In this document: one piece after another, positions 47,172 through 56,512 of the stretch | Position numbering within the stretch: the stretch's first letter is position 1 | Layout: every line of letters starts with the position of its first letter | DNA from: an uncultured virus (IMG/VR IMGVR_UViG_3300027969_000094) | Lineage: Duplodnaviria > Heunggongvirae > Uroviricota > Caudoviricetes | Reading direction: 5' to 3' (one strand) | Virus record (IMG/VR): IMGVR_UViG_3300027969_000094 | Length of the DNA stretch: 64,000 nucleotides | Program-made: the position numbers and the translations under genes | Notes under the pieces: model-generated | Database searches by the model: none | Told to the model about the DNA's origin: nothing | Seen by the model: the letters and a program-made list of their open reading frames with translations, nothing else

Positions 47172-47903
47172 TTAAGCTGCTATTCCATCTGGAACTAAAA
47201 CAGTAGTCCAATTTGGTGTTTGTACTGGGTTTATAACACCCCAAACGTTAACTGTATTTAGTCTAACAACCGTTATAACCCCAGTCAAATTAACAATTGC
47301 ACTAACATCAACTGTTACAGTGCCAACTTCTCCAATTGCATAAACACCTGTTAAGTTAACTACTGCAGTCGCTGTAGCGTCTACATTACCTAATCGACCT
47401 ACTGCATAAACACCATTTAGATTAATGATTACAGAACCTTGAACTTCATAATCACCAATAACACCAATGCTTGTTACACCTGTAACATTAACCGTAGCTC
47501 CACCAGTAGTCTCGGTAGTATTACCAAGAACCCCAATAGCGGATACTCCAGTAACATTAATTAGTACACCAATACCCTCAATGATTGTTACATTGCCGAT
47601 AACTCCTATAGCGTTTACACCTGTTACATCAATGTTTTGGTCTGTTTGGGTATCTATGTTACCAATTCTACCTACTGCATATACTCCAGTTACTACAACA
47701 TTTCCATCAGCCTGAACCGTTAAAGTACCAACCTGACCTATGGCATTTACGCCTGTTACATTTATATTATTATCAGTGTTAACACCTACAGTACCAATAA
47801 CACCTACTGCAGTTACCCCAGTAAGCTGAACTGAAATACCTTGGCTAGTATCACCAGTTCCAGCAAATGTATCGCCAGAGAAAGGAAACCCTGCAAAACT
47901 CAT
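47172..47903 (-). CDS. Repeat-built beta-strand structural protein
   Basis: About ten ~19-aa repeats VTGV.A.G.IG.V. Confidence 0.75.
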   Translation of the reverse strand: MSFAGFPFSGDTFAGTGDTSQGISVQLTGVTAVGVIGTVGVNTDNNINVTGVNAIGQVGTLTVQADGNVVVTGVYAVGRIGNIDTQTDQNIDVTGVNAIGVIGNVTIIEGIGVLINVTGVSAIGVLGNTTETTGGATVNVTGVTSIGVIGDYEVQGSVIINLNGVYAVGRLGNVDATATAVVNLTGVYAIGEVGTVTVDVSAIVNLTGVITVVRLNTVNVWGVINPVQTPNWTTVLVPDGIAA

Positions 47904-50890
47904 TATCTAGCCTTTAATTGAGCTATTTCCGCACGTAACTCTTCAACAGCTTTAGCAAGCTCAATAGCCGAAACTAATGCTGCACCGCCATAATTAACTG
48001 ATAGGAACCCATCTGCGCCTTCAACTACGGCTTCTGGTAATACAGGCATAAAGGACTGCGCACCAACACCAGGCTCACGATTACCGCTATCTTTACGGCT
48101 AAATACACCGTGTTTAACTTTAGCCAGTTTTTCTATAAAGTCAGGAGCTACATCAGTCCAGTTTTCTTTTAAACGCTCATCTGAGTTAGATGTATGAACT
48201 GTAGCAGTTAAAGTACCTGTTGATGGGTTAAAGAATAGCTTGGTATTTGAAGTATTTGCTGCACTAATTGAGCCAGATGTAGCAGTAGTTAACGTTACAT
48301 AATAACTAGCATTAGTAGTTGTATCGTTAGTAATTGTAATACCAGATGTTACCGCTGCCCAAGTAGAGTCACCTCGTAGATAGGTAGAACTATTAGCTGT
48401 TCCAGTTGCAAGACGAGCTGTAGCTACTGTTCCGCTAGAAATATTAGAAGCGTTTATAGAAGTAACTGCTGAACCATCACCACTAAATGTAGCTGTTATT
48501 GTTCCAGCAGCAAATTCACCAGAAGATCCACGCAAAACAATAGTAGAAGCACCGTTAGCAGAAGCAGCAGTCGTTCTTGCATTTGCAATAGTCCCCGAAG
48601 CAATGTTGGACGCATTAATAGCGGTTAAAGCTACGCCATTACCTGAGATAGAAACAGCCGTAATATCACCAGCACCGAAGCCACCAGAACCATCACGAAG
48701 AACAATTGTAGAAGCTCCATTAGCTGTAGCAGCTGTAGTACGAGCGTTAGCTACGGTTCCAGACGAAATATTAGACGCATTGATTGCACTAATTGCTGAT
48801 CCATCTCCACTAAAGGCAGCGGAAATAGTATTGGCGCCAAAGTTACCAGTCGCATCACGGAGAACTATTGTGCTTGCACTATTAGATGTATTACCTGTAG
48901 TACGAGCATTAGCAATTGTTCCGCTAGAGATATTGGACGCATTGATAGCTGTTAGGGCTACGCCGTTACCAGAAACGTTAGTAAATGAACCTGTAGTTGC
49001 AGTTACAGTAGTAGCGTTTACGTTTGTAAAAGTTCCAGCATTAGCTGTGCTACCGCCAATAACTACATTATCAAGCGAACCACCAGTAATAGTTACGGCA
49101 TTAGCGTTCTGAGTAGACATCGTCCCCAGACCAGAAATATCAGCAGCAGCTACTTGTACCCATGAAGGCGCAGCAGAGTTAGCTCCATCACCTACCTGTT
49201 GTAAGTACTTCTTAGTTGTTGTAATATTGCCAGTTAACTTAGCAAGACTATTAGTGGCGTTGGAATAAATAATATCGCCAAGCGTATAAGTAGACTGCCC
49301 TGTACCGCCATTAGTTGCACCTAAAGTACCAGATACAGCATTAGCAGAACCTAAAGCAACGTTACCCCATGAAGGAAGTCCTCCAGCGCTAACAACTAAA
49401 GAGTTGTACTGAGAACCAATAGCTAGAGCACTAATCGTATTGGCAGTATTAGCGTAAACAACATCACCAGCAACAAAGGTTGTTAAGTTTGTACCACCCT
49501 TATTTACAGGGACAGTGGTTAAAGAAATAGTCTGTCCAGACACATTAATTGGGGATGTGCCTATGTACGCAGGTACTCTACTAAATTCACCAAAAGTAAT
49601 ATTAGTAGTACCAAAAACAATTGTGCCTACCGTGTTAACCACAAAAGCGTAGTACGCTAAAGTATCACCAGCATTAACAAAATAGTAAGAACCTTGGCTA
49701 AATTCAGCTGAAGTATCGGAATCAGTAGCGCGAGTTAATATATACGCAGTCCCTGCGTCACCTTCTGTAGTAACTGTGTATACACCATTTTGCACAGCAT
49801 TAGCTTGGCTTTGTACAAGGATACGGAATCCAGCATCAGCATTTTGCCCGTCAACACTTAAAAATCCTACGCCAGCAGCAGTAAGAGTTGCGCCTACACC
49901 ATTTCCAGCACCGCCAGGTTGGTTATAAGTTGGAGTACCAGATAGTACAGCTACAGTTGCTAAATCAACAGCAGTATGAATATCAAGGCCAGCTGAAACA
50001 GCATTGTCAACATAAGCCTGAGTTACTAAAACAGTACTATTTGCAGCGTTGGCAATATTGCCACCTGCATAAGCAAAGTTGGTAACAGTAACGTTATTAG
50101 CACCAAGAGTTTTAGTTACAGTAACGCCATTAGCAAAGGTAGCATTTTGGTCTGTACCAGAAATAGTAAGGGCTGTATTGTTAGGATCTACACCACCAGC
50201 AAAAACAACTACGTTTGCGTCTGGAGACTCTGTACCAATCATTAAACGACTTACTGTTGTAGCATTTCCGTAACTGTATAAGTAAGCGTCATTAGCTTGA
50301 AATATTGGGTACCCAGCTTGGTTATAAGCGCTACTAGCTATGCCCATATCCACAAAGAAATAAGTACCATCACCTAGCTCGTTATAAGCTGCAATATCCG
50401 TAGAGGCGTTAGCATCGCTACTTTGGTTCTGGATATAAAGCTGAGAATAATTAGCTTCATTAGAAGTAAATTGAGCCAATGTAGAACTGAAAGCACCTGC
50501 CGTAGCGTTAGCGCCAACCACAGAAATAGGACCTTCGTTAAACTCAGTTAGTCCGTTTGTTTGTTGAAATACAGCTTGTTCAGAAGGATAGGTAATAAAT
50601 ACTTCAAGACCGTTAGTTCCAGCAGTAAAGTTTACAAGAGCGCCAGCATTTGAGGATGAGTAAACATTAGTTCTAACCAATGTATCTGGAGTAGTGAACG
50701 TACCATAGCCAACTTCCCACTCGGTATCATACCCAACAGCTAAGTTGTGAATACAGTAGTAAACAATAGATCCAGTAGGTACACACGATACAAATGTACG
50801 GTAGCCAGGAATAGCTCCGCCTAACGTAATATTCCCAGTACCAGAGCTAGAGCTAGTCTCTTTGACCCTATCTTGCAGAACTAAAGCCAT
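47903..50890 (-). CDS. Long tail fibre with C-terminal intramolecular chaperone (peptidase S74-like)
   Basis: MALVLQDRVKET N-terminus, internal repeats, SDERLKEN...SVNY C-terminus. Confidence 0.85.
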   Translation of the reverse strand: MALVLQDRVKETSSSSGTGNITLGGAIPGYRTFVSCVPTGSIVYYCIHNLAVGYDTEWEVGYGTFTTPDTLVRTNVYSSSNAGALVNFTAGTNGLEVFITYPSEQAVFQQTNGLTEFNEGPISVVGANATAGAFSSTLAQFTSNEANYSQLYIQNQSSDANASTDIAAYNELGDGTYFFVDMGIASSAYNQAGYPIFQANDAYLYSYGNATTVSRLMIGTESPDANVVVFAGGVDPNNTALTISGTDQNATFANGVTVTKTLGANNVTVTNFAYAGGNIANAANSTVLVTQAYVDNAVSAGLDIHTAVDLATVAVLSGTPTYNQPGGAGNGVGATLTAAGVGFLSVDGQNADAGFRILVQSQANAVQNGVYTVTTEGDAGTAYILTRATDSDTSAEFSQGSYYFVNAGDTLAYYAFVVNTVGTIVFGTTNITFGEFSRVPAYIGTSPINVSGQTISLTTVPVNKGGTNLTTFVAGDVVYANTANTISALAIGSQYNSLVVSAGGLPSWGNVALGSANAVSGTLGATNGGTGQSTYTLGDIIYSNATNSLAKLTGNITTTKKYLQQVGDGANSAAPSWVQVAAADISGLGTMSTQNANAVTITGGSLDNVVIGGSTANAGTFTNVNATTVTATTGSFTNVSGNGVALTAINASNISSGTIANARTTGNTSNSASTIVLRDATGNFGANTISAAFSGDGSAISAINASNISSGTVANARTTAATANGASTIVLRDGSGGFGAGDITAVSISGNGVALTAINASNIASGTIANARTTAASANGASTIVLRGSSGEFAAGTITATFSGDGSAVTSINASNISSGTVATARLATGTANSSTYLRGDSTWAAVTSGITITNDTTTNASYYVTLTTATSGSISAANTSNTKLFFNPSTGTLTATVHTSNSDERLKENWTDVAPDFIEKLAKVKHGVFSRKDSGNREPGVGAQSFMPVLPEAVVEGADGFLSVNYGGAALVSAIELAKAVEELRAEIAQLKAR
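48360..48980 (-). repeat. Four ~54-aa internal repeats in tail fibre
   Basis: SG[N/D]G...INASNI[S/A]SGT.A.AR...ST..LR repeated. Confidence 0.85.
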
Positions 50891-50903
50891 ACGGCCTCCC
50901 TAA

Positions 50904-51335
50904 TTAACTAGCGGTCAAACGGATAATTGCACTGGTTGAATCTGCTGTTGGGAAGTTCACTGCAAACGTACCGTTGGTTGAAGTCTTATCACCACCAAAA
51001 GATAGTACAGCAACAGCTGCATTTGCTACGTTTGCGTTATAAATTAAAGCTCCAGCAGCAGTAATAGTTGCATTTGACCAAGAAGTATTAGTAAACGAAA
51101 TAAATGCTACGTTTCCAGTATTTGTTGGTGTTACGCTAACTGATAAAGTATTACCACCAGCACTGTAGTTACCTGTTGAAGCTACTTCATTGCTTGTAGT
51201 ATATGCAGTTGTATTCTCATTTAAAGTAGCTGATGCTGTGTACAACGCTAACTTAAATGTGTTTGCTGAAAAGTTTTGCTGACCATTCAAAAGTTGAACT
51301 TTAAACGATGTAGCCATTGCTTGAGTAATTGCCAT
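50904..51335 (-). CDS. Virion structural protein
   Basis: FKLALYT...YSAGG..L...GALIYN pattern; tail module. Confidence 0.7.
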   Translation of the reverse strand: MAITQAMATSFKVQLLNGQQNFSANTFKLALYTASATLNENTTAYTTSNEVASTGNYSAGGNTLSVSVTPTNTGNVAFISFTNTSWSNATITAAGALIYNANVANAAVAVLSFGGDKTSTNGTFAVNFPTADSTSAIIRLTAS

Positions 51336-51352
51336 TTTTTGCTCCTAAAAAA

Positions 51353-52261
51353 TTAATTGGTTGGCCCAGGTACAGGCATCCTAAGTTGTCCATCACGGTA
51401 GGCACTGCGTCTATCTTTACCTTCACCCAACATAGCAAGTAAAGCTAAAGATTCTTGGTACTTCTGCTCATAGTACGTAACCATATCTTGTTCTCCCTTT
51501 TGGAAGATCACAGCCTCACGTAATGAACCATATAACAAAACAGTTTCAAAATTATCACCCAGCCAAGAAGTACCAGCTGCGTTTTGAATATTATTTACAA
51601 GTACAGAGAACCCACTTCCAGTACCACCTATTGTAGCGGTAGTAGCGCTTAAAGAGTTACCAACAAGATATAAATATCCAGGGTTAACTAAAGTTAATGC
51701 AGTTACAGAACCACCAGATACAGTAATAGTTGCGGTTCCATTAGCTCCATCACCACCTGTTAATGTTATATTTTCATATACACCATCGGTATATCCAGAA
51801 CCACCTGTAATGGAACCAAAACCAGCAATACCACCTTGAACTATAGTTGTTGGGTAATAGTAATAGTTCAACTCAGTCTGATAAGCAGCGTTTGGGGTAG
51901 GTCCAATAATGTAGGTATATGGTAAAAACTGAGCATAGTATTTTGGAATACCTGTATCGGTAGTTGGGTTTGGGTAAGACTGACGAATAAAGTTAACGTC
52001 TTTATCTATTAGATACTCATAATTTCCACTTGCATCAATAACTGCAAGGGAAAATGAAGCTAGATAATCAGTAGGCAAGGCAAGGTATGTATCCCCGCTT
52101 GTAAAGCTACCAATAACGTTCTTACGAATAGCAGGTATCTGAACAGCGTTATAAACACGCTCTTCACAAAGTTGTACAAAGTTTGGGATGTTCTGAACAA
52201 ATAACTGTTCAGTTGATTCCGTATAGCTTTGAATAGCTGCAGATAGCTGCTGGAAGTTCAT
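51353..52261 (-). CDS. Tail adaptor / tubular protein A-like
   Basis: GIPKYYA..., GPTP, LLYGSLREA motifs; position. Confidence 0.65.
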   Translation of the reverse strand: MNFQQLSAAIQSYTESTEQLFVQNIPNFVQLCEERVYNAVQIPAIRKNVIGSFTSGDTYLALPTDYLASFSLAVIDASGNYEYLIDKDVNFIRQSYPNPTTDTGIPKYYAQFLPYTYIIGPTPNAAYQTELNYYYYPTTIVQGGIAGFGSITGGSGYTDGVYENITLTGGDGANGTATITVSGGSVTALTLVNPGYLYLVGNSLSATTATIGGTGSGFSVLVNNIQNAAGTSWLGDNFETVLLYGSLREAVIFQKGEQDMVTYYEQKYQESLALLAMLGEGKDRRSAYRDGQLRMPVPGPTN

Positions 52262-52264
52262 AAT

Positions 52265-52531
52265 TTATGCCATTGGTCCACGGCATTTAATGCCTTTGGT
52301 AGCAGCGCCACCTCCACGCATGGTAATTTCGCCATTTTTGTTCATTGGGGTGTAGTTACCTTTGCTAATACCAGCAACAGACATATTAACGTCATTAACA
52401 CCGTTTTTACCTGGTTTAACAACAGAGTCTTTAGCTGTAGTCATAGCTTTGCCGTCCATAGTATGTGGCTTAGCATAGATACTGGCTGGACCAACTTCCT
52501 TGCCGCCTTTTTTCATAGAAAATTTAGCCAT
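52265..52531 (-). CDS. Small basic protein with xxGG motifs
   Basis: MKKGGKEV; MRGGGAATKG. Confidence 0.65.
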   Translation of the reverse strand: MAKFSMKKGGKEVGPASIYAKPHTMDGKAMTTAKDSVVKPGKNGVNDVNMSVAGISKGNYTPMNKNGEITMRGGGAATKGIKCRGPMA

Positions 52532-52533
52532 GA

Positions 52534-52725
52534 TTAACGTCCTCTTCCAGCTTTTTGGTTAGCTACTTTAGCCAAGTTACGACCCATTAGCTTCATGTTC
52601 TTATTTAAAGTACTTGTGCTAGCTTTTGGACCGCTTAAAATTACGCTTGGACCGCTATTTGGATAAATCTTTGGGTCAGTTTTACCTTGTTTGGTAATAC
52701 CATCCGCACCTTTTTTGTATCCCAT
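52534..52725 (-). CDS. Small basic protein
   Basis: AGGAG RBS; ADGITKQGKT motif. Confidence 0.65.
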   Translation of the reverse strand: MGYKKGADGITKQGKTDPKIYPNSGPSVILSGPKASTSTLNKNMKLMGRNLAKVANQKAGRGR

Positions 52726-52734
52726 TTTTAACTC

Positions 52735-53157
52735 CTAAGTTGTTGTTACTGTAACTGTACCTAAAACTACACCAGAAACCAAGTCATTTGGCGTCATAGG
52801 CCAGTTAGACCCACCACCAACAGGGTTCCAACCCCACTGAAATACTCTACTACCTAACTCAGGTACACCAAAACCGCTTGGTGTAACTCCACCATTTATT
52901 TCCGTCTGCAACCCGCTTTGCCCTGATACTAAGTAGCTTACATCAGGTCTTGGCTCTCGTACAGCTTGTGGGTCATTTACTGGATACAGACCTAATGATA
53001 ACTGTGGTTGATCTGGATCCCAACAAGATCTACAAACTTTAACTTGGTAAGGTTTAGTCTTTAATATCTGTATCCGTAATTCCTTAAGCATATATCGCTG
53101 AGCGCATCTATCGCATTCAGCAATTGAATTCTTTCCAGAAGCATATTTACTTGGCAT
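52735..53157 (-). CDS. Cys-motif structural/assembly protein
   Basis: CDRC...VCRSCWDPDQPQL...DPQA..EPRPD. Confidence 0.7.
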   Translation of the reverse strand: MPSKYASGKNSIAECDRCAQRYMLKELRIQILKTKPYQVKVCRSCWDPDQPQLSLGLYPVNDPQAVREPRPDVSYLVSGQSGLQTEINGGVTPSGFGVPELGSRVFQWGWNPVGGGSNWPMTPNDLVSGVVLGTVTVTTT

Positions 53158-53163
53158 GGCATA

Positions 53164-54102
53164 TCATCGGTAGTAGAACGAATTACGTGGTACAAACCGA
53201 ACAGGGGCTTTTTCCCGATCTTCGGAAGAAGCAAAGTCCCATTGCTGCTCATAATCAGCTTTTAGCATGGCTATTCTATTCATATCCACTTCAGGCATTT
53301 TACTGCTTAAATAAAAGGCAAGACCAGCAGCCATACAAGGTATAAAGCGGAACGGTATATCTTCAGTTCTTACGCCTGTACCCGCATCTTGCATCCTGCG
53401 TAACCTGTAATACACAAAAGTGTATTGGTTTCCTGGAGGGTTTGGAGTAGGCCAAACGTTAATACAAGGCAGGTTATTTACATAGACATCTGCAAGCGCT
53501 GCATGGCTAGTAGCTGTAGTGCCGTTTTGACCACGCCAAGCGTTAAGTATTTGATTTCCAACAATATTTTGATAGCCGATAGTTTCAGCGCCAATGTTTA
53601 CAAAACCCTGAGTAGGTAAACCAGTTACTGAAGTAAGAGTAATAGTAGTATCTTCATCAGATATTGGATACCCAACAGCAAGGGTTGTCTGCGGGATGGT
53701 AGCTATGTTTCCTGATTGACGGTTAACCCATACTTGGATAGGTCGTCCATTAGCATTTTTATTAGGAATAGTAATGTAAGTAGACTCGCTAATACGGCTG
53801 ATGTTAATGTCAATCTGGTTATTAGCTTGCCCGTTGTTAGTCCTGACAACAGTATCTAGAAGGTCAATGGTGTCTACAGGAATGGGGTAAATAGCCTGAT
53901 TGGTATTCATCACAATCTGACCCTGTTCAATAGTCCACAGGTTAATACCCCTGTTAGCCCACTCAATAGTCAATAAGTTTAAAGACCGCCTAGCAGTCCT
54001 AAAGTCATAACCAGAACGAAGCTCTAAACCACAACGCTCAAACGCCTCCTCAACGAGGTCATTCATGTCTAAGTTAAAGGTGGTTATGCCTGTAGTAGTC
54101 AT
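53164..54102 (-). CDS. Head-tail connector/adaptor-like protein
   Basis: EEAFERCG...ARRSLN...WANRG.NLW; GRP.Q; P.RF.PC.AAGLA. Confidence 0.7.
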   Translation of the reverse strand: MTTTGITTFNLDMNDLVEEAFERCGLELRSGYDFRTARRSLNLLTIEWANRGINLWTIEQGQIVMNTNQAIYPIPVDTIDLLDTVVRTNNGQANNQIDINISRISESTYITIPNKNANGRPIQVWVNRQSGNIATIPQTTLAVGYPISDEDTTITLTSVTGLPTQGFVNIGAETIGYQNIVGNQILNAWRGQNGTTATSHAALADVYVNNLPCINVWPTPNPPGNQYTFVYYRLRRMQDAGTGVRTEDIPFRFIPCMAAGLAFYLSSKMPEVDMNRIAMLKADYEQQWDFASSEDREKAPVRFVPRNSFYYR

Positions 54103-54272
54103 TTCATCTTCTTCAAAGTTTGAGCTAATCTAGCTCTTTGCCCCAGTTTTCCTGGTTTTTTGGCTGCCGCTGCTAGCTTTTTGGCTGGGATTGGTTGACC
54201 CGCTTTTGCCCCCAATTGCGCTCTTAACGCCCCTGGTTTTTTAATTGCTTTTTGGATCCACTTTTCCGCCAT
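54099..54272 (-). CDS. Small basic protein (57 aa, WIQKAIKKPGAL...RARLAQTL), not in ORF track
   Basis: ORF coupled by ATGA to the next gene. Confidence 0.7.
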   Translation of the reverse strand: MAEKWIQKAIKKPGALRAQLGAKAGQPIPAKKLAAAAKKPGKLGQRARLAQTLKKMK

Positions 54273-54274
54273 GA

Positions 54275-54526
54275 TTATTTAACCTTTCGGAATGGTTTTA
54301 CTTTTGCTTTTACCTTTTGCGGCTGCGGCACGAACTGCTGCCCCTGTGCTTTTCCTGCTCGTTTTGCTCGTGTTGTTGCTGCGTACTCCTGTGGGCTTAA
54401 CGCTTGTATTGCTTTTTTTGGCAGGTACCGCTCGCCTGTTTCGGACGACGGTTTTCCTGACTTGGTTGTCCACTTCTGGTCGCCCCAAGCCTTTAAAGAA
54501 CGTTGCGATTTTGCTAAACCACTCAT
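54275..54526 (-). CDS. Small basic protein
   Basis: SLKAWGDQKWTTKSGKPS...ERYLPKKA. Confidence 0.7.
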   Translation of the reverse strand: MSGLAKSQRSLKAWGDQKWTTKSGKPSSETGERYLPKKAIQALSPQEYAATTRAKRAGKAQGQQFVPQPQKVKAKVKPFRKVK

Positions 54527-54795
54527 TTATACCCACCACCAGCCGCCTTATATTTTTTAGCTACTAGTTGCGCTTTACGAGCCGACCACTGACCTGCGCC
54601 AGTACCCTGTGTTGCAGCTGCTTTAACTTGAGAAACTATACGTTTACGCATTTCTGGTTTTGTGTAATTACCAGCCTCATTGACCGTGCCGCCTTCTTTA
54701 TACTGTGTAAAGTCAGTATTATCACGGCGAGCTTTTTTGACGCCGTTAGGCATCTTTGACGGAGAAATTGCGCCCATACCTCTGCTTGGTCTCAT
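54523..54795 (-). CDS. Small basic protein
   Basis: YKEGGTV...NYTKP...GQWSARKAQL...YKAAGGGY. Confidence 0.7.
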   Translation of the reverse strand: MRPSRGMGAISPSKMPNGVKKARRDNTDFTQYKEGGTVNEAGNYTKPEMRKRIVSQVKAAATQGTGAGQWSARKAQLVAKKYKAAGGGYK

Positions 54796-54983
54796 GCTCT
54801 TGTCTTTCCACGAACGCAGCAGCCATCTGCACGGGCGGAAGCAGATTTAACCTTACCGCCAGACTTCATTCCTTTGGATGCTTTTTCTACATCCTTATAG
54901 TCTTTGTATTTAGAAGAAGTAGTTCCTGTTTTAGACATACCTTCCTCAAACATTTCAACTATTTTTGGTGCCATAAATCCCAT
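54792..54983 (-). CDS. Small basic protein, shares C-terminus with 54986-55351
   Basis: MKSGGKVKSASARADG...RGKTRA. Confidence 0.65.
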   Translation of the reverse strand: MGFMAPKIVEMFEEGMSKTGTTSSKYKDYKDVEKASKGMKSGGKVKSASARADGCCVRGKTRA

Positions 54984-54985
54984 AA

Positions 54986-55351
54986 CTAAGCCCTCGTCTT
55001 TCCACGAATTGCAATACCGTCTGCACGGGCAGAAGCGGATTTAACCTTACCACCAGACTTCATAGCTCTTGGGTTTGTAATGCTTTTTAATTCTGCAGCG
55101 CCCGAATTACCACCAAACCCACCAGATGTTGGGCCTGTTCTTGGTCCTGTATCTGAATAAGCCTTGCCAGTATATTTAGGTTCAGCTCTAGTTGTTTCAG
55201 CCATCTTACTTATTTCAGCCTTAGCCCTATCAGATTTAGCTTTTTCTAAATCTTCATCAAACTTTCCAGGACCATGCTTTGGCTTGGCTGGATACTTCTC
55301 CTGCCCATCACCGTCAGTCTTTTTAGAAGGATCTACAGGCTCAATTGGCAT
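54986..55351 (-). CDS. Small basic protein, shares C-terminus with 54792-54983
   Basis: MKSGGKVKSASARADG...RGKTRA. Confidence 0.65.
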   Translation of the reverse strand: MPIEPVDPSKKTDGDGQEKYPAKPKHGPGKFDEDLEKAKSDRAKAEISKMAETTRAEPKYTGKAYSDTGPRTGPTSGGFGGNSGAAELKSITNPRAMKSGGKVKSASARADGIAIRGKTRA

Positions 55352-55537
55352 TTAGCAAGCTCCGCCGCCCATCATCTTAATCATTTTGCCTTTGGTGTGA
55401 CCTTTAGTTACACAGCCGTCAGCACGAGTTACGCCGCCTTTAGCCATACCATGCATCTTTTTCTCATGAGTAGCAACTTCTTGCTTAGCTACTTTTTTCA
55501 TCATTGGCATATCTTGTTTAATATCATCGTGTTTCAT
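55352..55537 (-). CDS. Small basic protein
   Basis: MAKGGVTRADG...KGHTKG. Confidence 0.65.
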   Translation of the reverse strand: MKHDDIKQDMPMMKKVAKQEVATHEKKMHGMAKGGVTRADGCVTKGHTKGKMIKMMGGGAC

Positions 55538-55539
55538 AG

Positions 55540-55680
55540 TTAGCAAGCCTTTCCGCTTTTAGTTGTTTTCTTAGCTACGCCGCCTTTTTTCATAGGCATT
55601 GCAGCGCCTTTAGCTGGCTTTTTACCAGCAGCTTCTTTTTTCTTTGCAATCATTTCCATAAATGGGTTTGGCTTTTTCAT
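55540..55680 (-). CDS. Small Lys-rich protein (46 aa), not in ORF track
   Basis: MKKPNPF...MKKGGVAKK; fills gap exactly. Confidence 0.6.
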   Translation of the reverse strand: MKKPNPFMEMIAKKKEAAGKKPAKGAAMPMKKGGVAKKTTKSGKAC

Positions 55681-55683
55681 AAT

Positions 55684-55926
55684 TTACCTTTGAATAAGTT
55701 GGTCAATCTTGCTTTCAAGCTTGTTAAAGCGAGCATCGATGTGCTCCATAATGCGGTCAACTTCTGCTTTAGTAACGTTATCACGAGCTACCTCTTCTCT
55801 TGTTTTGTTTAACAAAATACCAATACGACCAAGTTCATTAAACTTTTCGTGCATGACATATCCGATTAGGGCTACAAATATAGTTAACCCACCAGTCCAA
55901 AGTTCCATCATATCTAGCATTTCCAC
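55684..55926 (-). CDS. Small protein with N-terminal TM segment and coiled coil
   Basis: LLNKTREEVARD.VTK...F.KLE.KID. Confidence 0.65.
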   Translation of the reverse strand: MEMLDMMELWTGGLTIFVALIGYVMHEKFNELGRIGILLNKTREEVARDNVTKAEVDRIMEHIDARFNKLESKIDQLIQR

Positions 55927-56171
55927 CTCTTTAAAGAGGCAGCCTTACGAGTAGGGCGACCTTTTTCATCTTTCATTGGGCCTGGCATACCAGACATCCT
56001 AGCGCAAAAAGACTTTTTACGAGGACCACCTTCAGGCTGTGGAGCCTTTAGATTCGAGCCAGTAGCTGCATTATACTTAGCACGACCTTTGGCGGTAAGC
56101 CCAGCGCCCTTAGATACAGGCAACTTTTCACCACGACCAACCGCAAGGGAGGGACCTTTTTTCTTAGCCAT
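55914..56171 (-). CDS. Small basic conserved phage protein
   Basis: GLTAKGRAKYN..TGSNLKAP...RKKSFCARMSG...WKC. Confidence 0.75.
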   Translation of the reverse strand: MAKKKGPSLAVGRGEKLPVSKGAGLTAKGRAKYNAATGSNLKAPQPEGGPRKKSFCARMSGMPGPMKDEKGRPTRKAASLKRWKC

Positions 56172-56454
56172 GGAAAACTGTTACCGCTGCGTTGGTTGGT
56201 AAATTTACATACACACCATTATTAAACCTAATACCTTCACCAGGTATTAATGTAGAAATAATAGCTGTGTTTACAGTAATATTTATTTTTAAACGCTCAG
56301 TACCCGAAGCAGAATTAGCTGCAGTGTCATAAAAAATAATTTCACCAGCGGTTCCACCAGAAGCTACTTGATACCCTTTAATTCTAGTAGGACCAATAAT
56401 AAGTTGAACGTCTCCATCTGCATGCGCTGCTTGTACGTCATATTGCATACCCAT
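56164..56454 (-). CDS. Hypothetical virion protein
   Basis: GGAG RBS; IPGEGIRF..GVYV motif. Confidence 0.7.
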   Translation of the reverse strand: MGMQYDVQAAHADGDVQLIIGPTRIKGYQVASGGTAGEIIFYDTAANSASGTERLKINITVNTAIISTLIPGEGIRFNNGVYVNLPTNAAVTVFHG

Positions 56455-56479
56455 AATTAATCTCCAAAAAAAGTTAAGA

Positions 56480-56503
56480 TGAGTTAGGGAAAACCCTAAC
56501 TCA
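56480..56503 (-). terminator. 10-bp perfect hairpin, possible terminator
   Basis: tgagttaggg-N4-ccctaactca, T-tract a few nt downstream on minus strand. Confidence 0.55.
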
Positions 56504-56512
56504 CAAGATTAA

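Noticed and set aside
54794..55063. Duplicated ~70-bp segment as a DGR template/variable repeat pair
   Set aside because: No reverse transcriptase; differences are mostly synonymous and not adenine-specific
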